The position numbers and the translations under genes are program-made. This document shows, piece by piece, positions 8,389 to 11,948 of a stretch of 11,948 bases of DNA (its first letter is position 1; every line of letters begins with the position of its first letter). Below the pieces are notes generated by a model. The model did no database searches, had not been told where the DNA came from, and worked only from the letters and a program-made list of their open reading frames with translations. The stretch is taken from contig CAXSGP010000126.1 of NCBI GenBank assembly GCA_964236955.1, forward strand, positions 1 to 11,948, given 5' to 3'. The DNA is from an uncultured Oligoflexus sp. GTDB taxonomy: Bacteria > Bdellovibrionota_B > Oligoflexia > Oligoflexales > Oligoflexaceae.

Positions 8389-9099
8389 CTAGCGACACAT
8401 GTCGGTAAATTCTATTAGAAAATCGATCAGCACTTCGTCTTTCATCTTTACGCCAGGGACCAAGGCCAATAACCTATCGACCTGGTCCACGAGGTTTACA
8501 CCATTGATCACAGGCGAGAGCGAACGAACATTAAGCTTGAACATAGCCGCAGGAGTAATGGTAATGGAATTCTTGAACTCTTTAACTAAGATAGGAATTG
8601 CAATCTCGACTTCCTGATTCGCGACCGAGAGAAGGCCATGGGCTTTAACAATTTTGGTTTCAAAGGATTTGGCATCGGCAGGGTCGACATCGATTTTAGT
8701 TAGCTTAAACCCGAAAGGTATAGCGTTCGGAACTTCGAAGATAAAGGAACTGATACGGGAATCGCGCATGGGATCTTCAGAATTTGTCGAAGTTCCATTG
8801 AAATCCAGATGTGCCTTGGCTGTAGCCCACGAATTACCCCGGCTTAAATTGCCCGCAACAGCATTTGTTCCCAACAGGACTACTTCCTCGCCCGATGGAG
8901 TAATTTTTGTAGCTCTCCAGCTTACGGTCGCGTCACTCTTGGTAATGAAATCTTTTCCGGTTTTACAGGTTAATTTTTGGCCCGCCGTCGATGAATTGTC
9001 ATACGCTGTCTGGCTGGTGGGAGTGTATTTTTTGCAAGCACTGGCCCCGCTAAAGAAAATCAACGCCATCAAGGTGGGAAAACAGTTAACTTTTTGCAT
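8389..9099 (-). CDS. YceI-like (lipid/polyisoprenoid-binding beta-barrel) putative lipoprotein
   Basis: Start moved to ATG 9099 (MQKVN), which has a GGGAG RBS, with lipobox ASA-C22. The YceI pattern is ATVSWRATK, STNSEDPMRDSRI..FIF, F.LTKI, GLLSVANQEVEIAIP, and terminal EVLIDFLIEF. Confidence 0.68.
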   Translation of the reverse strand: MQKVNCFPTLMALIFFSGASACKKYTPTSQTAYDNSSTAGQKLTCKTGKDFITKSDATVSWRATKITPSGEEVVLLGTNAVAGNLSRGNSWATAKAHLDFNGTSTNSEDPMRDSRISSFIFEVPNAIPFGFKLTKIDVDPADAKSFETKIVKAHGLLSVANQEVEIAIPILVKEFKNSITITPAAMFKLNVRSLSPVINGVNLVDQVDRLLALVPGVKMKDEVLIDFLIEFTDMCR

Positions 9100-9128
9100 T
9101 ATTTTAGCTCCCGCAATTATACTAAAAC

Positions 9129-9155
9129 TTATCGGATTCAAAACGATGTCCTAAA
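9129..9155 (-). promoter_or_regulatory. Probable sigma-28 (FliA)-type promoter of the YceI-like gene
   Basis: The minus strand reads TTTAGGAC-N11-TCCGATAA. The -10 matches GCCGATAA at 7/8 positions and sits 30 bp upstream of ATG 9099. Confidence 0.5.
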
Positions 9156-9165
9156 ATAATTTTTT

Positions 9166-9178
9166 TAACCACCTGATA
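9166..9178 (-). promoter_or_regulatory. IHF-like binding site
   Basis: Minus-strand TATCAG-GTGG-TTA fits WATCAR-N4-TTR and lies in an AT-rich tract just upstream of the putative sigma-28 promoter. Confidence 0.4.
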
Positions 9179-9545
9179 TTATGGAATAACAAAGATTTTT
9201 ATCTTGGCGCCGTTTGGCTTCACCGCGAAGAATTAGCTCAATGGCAACGCTATAAAAAGAAGAAAAAGCGTAAGCTCCTCTTTTATCAATCGGCGCGTCA
9301 GGCCGGCCAGACAGGAAATAGGACAACATTGATATTCTTTTATAGGGCTAAAAAGAACAGCCGGAAGTCGGACCTGACCCACGCCTTCGACGGAAACTTT
9401 GCTAAGCTTTCCTGCTCATTCCTAGCGAGGGAACGGCACAGCTTGAGCGAGCCTTCCGTGAGGGATTGCGTCGTCTAGTGATATACAAAGTTTCACGCGG
9501 GATGCAGGTTTCTGGCCGAAACAAGCCGTCTCGGTTGAGAAAGCT

Positions 9546-9577
9546 AAAAGGCCTTCAGCAAGGCTGCGAAGGCCTTT
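9546..9577 (-). terminator. Rho-independent terminator of the 9584..10138 gene
   Basis: 10-bp arms AAAGGCCTTC (9547-9556) and GAAGGCCTTT (9568-9577) with additional inner pairing. The minus-strand transcript ends ...GAAGGCCTTTT. The hairpin begins about 7 bp after the stop. Confidence 0.75.
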
Positions 9578-9583
9578 GGGATA

Positions 9584-10138
9584 TCACTGGGGATAAAAAA
9601 GTTGGGGATCATATTTTTCAGGCCGTTCGGCTGGGCTGCTGCCATTATGAGCAAAATCGGTAAGCCCAAGTTGAATTGCATGGAAACTGCTTCCATTGAC
9701 TTCCCTTATCACAGTAAATAATTTACTTCCTGAGTCGGCGACGAAAGACGGACCACAGGTCAGTCCCGTCACGTTAAAGGCTATACCCGCAGTCCAGCCG
9801 CTCATCCCACAAAAAGATTCGTCTTCGAAATAACCTGCTACCGTAGAATTCAACGGCTTAATCGTAACCGAGTCTGTTCTAAAATCAAGGTTTTTTCCAA
9901 ACCCATCCAGCTTATACGGACCAGCGACAGTAATCTCGACATTAGCCTTCACACAGTAGGTATCATCATAGACGGTTTGCACATCATTCAACTGACTGGC
10001 AGAGAACTGCAGCTTACGTTTCGCTGTACCCCCATCAGTCGCTATACAACGGGTGACATAAGTTCCAGCAATGTCGGCCATCAGGGGAGTCGTCGAAAAT
10101 AGAGTGGCACCTAGCCACAAGAGGCGGGACTTTTTCAT
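9584..10138 (-). CDS. Secreted hypothetical protein with four cysteines, predicted beta-rich
   Basis: Signal peptide MKKSRLLWLGATLFSTTPLMA, AGGT RBS, four Cys in the mature region and its own terminator. I recognise no domain. Confidence 0.75.
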   Translation of the reverse strand: MKKSRLLWLGATLFSTTPLMADIAGTYVTRCIATDGGTAKRKLQFSASQLNDVQTVYDDTYCVKANVEITVAGPYKLDGFGKNLDFRTDSVTIKPLNSTVAGYFEDESFCGMSGWTAGIAFNVTGLTCGPSFVADSGSKLFTVIREVNGSSFHAIQLGLTDFAHNGSSPAERPEKYDPQLFYPQ

Positions 10139-10586
10139 TTTTTACCTACTTGTATGACAGGATTGAGATTTCACGGTGCCACTTAATCTTCTAAAAATGG
10201 CATTTCTGAGACAGAGTTTATGAAAAGCGATTCATGAGCGTCAATTAAAGAAACAGGGCGTAGGAGTCTGAAAGGGTCATCTCATAAGAGTTTGCTGGGT
10301 ATTTTTACAAAATTCGCAGGCTGCCGCCGAGCAGCTTTGCCAATCGAAAAATTATTTCACTATTTTCTGTTTTTATTTTCTGCAAGGAGCGCCTTTTGGG
10401 AAGCCGGCAGGCAGACAATTATGTGGTTATTTTGAGTGACTTGAAGGACGAAGTCAGAAGCAATCAAAAGTAGGAAGTTATGCTGCGGGCTGGCACTTTG
10501 GCTTCCATCGTGCTCCATGATTAGGGGAAATGAAAGGCCGGGCATTCCTTAAGCCCGGGACCTGAAAGCTGTCTCAACAGAAGGGG

Positions 10587-10617
10587 GATCGAAGCAAGTC
10601 TGATCGTTGCTTCGATC
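10587..10617 (-). terminator. Stem-loop overlapping the stop codon of the ABC ATPase gene
   Basis: Perfect 11-bp arms GATCGAAGCAA-N9-TTGCTTCGATC. The U-tract is poor (CCCCTTCTGTT follows on the minus strand). Confidence 0.5.
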
Positions 10618-11308
10618 ATCCTTCGACAATAAGGCCATCACTGATCCGCACGATTCTTTTTACACGGCGCATGAGTTTTTCATCGTGCGTAGAGAAAAAG
10701 AAAGTCACATGGCGCTTTTCATTGAGTTCAGCCATGACATCGAGAATCTGCTGTGTGGTGGTGGAATCAAGGTTCGCTGTGGGTTCGTCAGCCAGTACCA
10801 GGACAGGATCGGTAACGAGGGCTCGCGCAATGGCGACCCTTTGCCTTTGACCACCAGAGAGGCGCGAGGGAGCGCTATGCGTCTGCTGCTCAAGGCCGAC
10901 ATCCTTTATCACGTTCATCACCCGCTCACGACGATCCGCAGGCCTGACCTTATGATTGATGAGCAAGGGCAACATGATGTTTTCAAAAACACTTAGAACC
11001 GGGATGAGGTTAAAGCTTTGAAATATAAAGCCAAGCTTTTCATTGCGAAATTGGGACTTCTGCTTCTCATTCATCGCCAGTATATCGACACCATCGATAT
11101 GCACCGAACCGGAATCAGGATGATCGATACATCCCAGCATATTCAGCAATGTGCTTTTGCCAGATCCCGAAGCGCCAAGAATCGCCGTGAATTCAGCCCG
11201 ATTGAGATCAAGATTCATGCCTCGAAGGGCATTGACGCGGGTTTCCCCCAGTTGATAAGTCTTTTGCAAATTTCTTAGCGAGACAAATTGCTGCATGTTA
11301 TTTCCCAT
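10616..11308 (-). CDS. ABC transporter ATP-binding protein, LolD/MacB-like
   Basis: Walker A GASGSGKST, Q-loop GFIFQSFNL, signature LSGGQRQR, Walker B/D-loop LVLADEPTANLD, and H-loop STHD. An alternative start lies at 11296. Confidence 0.95.
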   Translation of the reverse strand: MGNNMQQFVSLRNLQKTYQLGETRVNALRGMNLDLNRAEFTAILGASGSGKSTLLNMLGCIDHPDSGSVHIDGVDILAMNEKQKSQFRNEKLGFIFQSFNLIPVLSVFENIMLPLLINHKVRPADRRERVMNVIKDVGLEQQTHSAPSRLSGGQRQRVAIARALVTDPVLVLADEPTANLDSTTTQQILDVMAELNEKRHVTFFFSTHDEKLMRRVKRIVRISDGLIVEG

Positions 11309-11347
11309 ATCTGCAATCGACCTATCAACAGCCAGGCTCGCCCTGGA

Positions 11348-11948
11348 TCAACGCAGAAGGTTATTGACGTTGAATATACTTGCCGGAGCCGCTTCAGACT
11401 TCGGTGTTGTAAAGGTCATGACACTGAAATTTTTCTTATTCTGCGAGTCGACGATCTTCGTCTCGGATACAAAGTCAACTTTCTTGCCATCGATCGTTAT
11501 GCTGTTGCCGTATCGGAATTCGGCGGTTTTAAGGGGTTTGCCTTGAAGACTCAGGAATTCCGCCTTCATACCAAGTTTCTTTTTCTTGCTAATCCAGTAC
11601 TTGATACCATCATAGGTGGTGTTCTCGCCATCAGCCTTAAGGTCCAAAACATAGCAGTCTTCGCCGTTTACCTTTTCTTCGCCAACGATCTTGCCTTTGT
11701 AGTCGCGCGCATAGTTGGTACTCGCGATATCGCCGTTGGCAGCCTGACCTGAAAGTTTTTGCCGCGCGGAGATCGCCACGGGCTTTTTCAAGCTGGGCTT
11801 AAAGAACCATATCGTGCGATCGTTGAAAATGAATACTTCGCCCTTGCTGCGAGCCGGTTCCGTTACTTCAACATGAGCATTGTTTTCCGCGGCTTTAACC
11901 TTATAAGTAGTCGTCGACGAGTCGCCATTATCAGTCGACTCCAGCTTA
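11348..11948 (-). CDS. Outer-membrane lipoprotein-sorting (LolA-like) protein, 5' end outside the window
   Basis: The frame is open to the window edge and reads KLESTDNGDSSTTTYKVKAAENNAHVEVTEPARSKGEVFIFNDRTIWFFKPSLKKPVAISARQKLSGQAANGDIASTNYARDY...CYVLDLKA...TYDGIKYWI...GKPLKTAEF. This pattern is typical of LolA-like proteins encoded with LolD/FtsX-type ABC systems. The ORF-track start at 11791 is internal. Confidence 0.87.
   Translation of the reverse strand, partial: KLESTDNGDSSTTTYKVKAAENNAHVEVTEPARSKGEVFIFNDRTIWFFKPSLKKPVAISARQKLSGQAANGDIASTNYARDYKGKIVGEEKVNGEDCYVLDLKADGENTTYDGIKYWISKKKKLGMKAEFLSLQGKPLKTAEFRYGNSITIDGKKVDFVSETKIVDSQNKKNFSVMTFTTPKSEAAPASIFNVNNLLR

Noticed and set aside
9434..9449. 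GG-N10-GC match CGGCACAGCTTGAGCG on the + strand
   Set aside because: The -12 context is poor (GAGC rather than TTGC) and no credible + strand gene lies downstream.
9180..9545. Riboswitch, tRNA or CRISPR array in the long intergenic regions
   Set aside because: I recognised no cloverleaf, aptamer consensus or regularly spaced direct repeats by eye. An Infernal/Rfam search would be needed to exclude known ncRNAs.
10165..10182. Sigma-54-like TGGCAC upstream of the 9584..10138 gene on the minus strand
   Set aside because: It reads TGGCACCGTGAAATCT, with TC instead of the required GC at -12.
10360..10545. 61-aa intergenic ORF (also the short ORFs 9466..9663 and 6411..6605)
   Set aside because: They have no recognisable motif and are short enough to arise by chance. 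The 61-aa ORF has an AAGGA just before its ATG but too close to be a convincing RBS.
10607..11752. Antisense ORFs opposite the ABC ATPase and LolA-like genes
   Set aside because: They are typical antisense open frames of conserved genes with no independent evidence.

Overview
An ordinary-looking chromosomal window from a Gram-negative bacterium with roughly 50% GC (estimated by eye). The lineage is probably Bdellovibrionota/Oligoflexia, inferred from the style of the secreted hypothetical proteins and not verified. It holds ten CDSs: a DsbD-type disulfide-interchange protein, a PhyH-like Fe(II)/2OG dioxygenase, a lipoprotein with a C-terminal DUF1566/Lcl-like domain, an FAD-dependent monooxygenase, a YciB/IspZ-family membrane protein, a Gly/Thr/Ser-linker lipoprotein of unknown function, a YceI-like lipoprotein, a small Cys-containing secreted protein, a LolD-like ABC ATPase, and a LolA-like lipoprotein-sorting protein truncated at the window edge. 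I see no RNA gene, CRISPR array, transposase, integrase, reverse transcriptase or defence system. The most notable signals are regulatory and architectural: a correctly spaced sigma-54 promoter, sigma-28-like promoters, a 13-bp exact motif shared upstream of two unrelated lipoprotein genes, two operator-like palindromes, and two modular lipoproteins carrying domains I cannot name. I cannot support a claim of a complete novel system.
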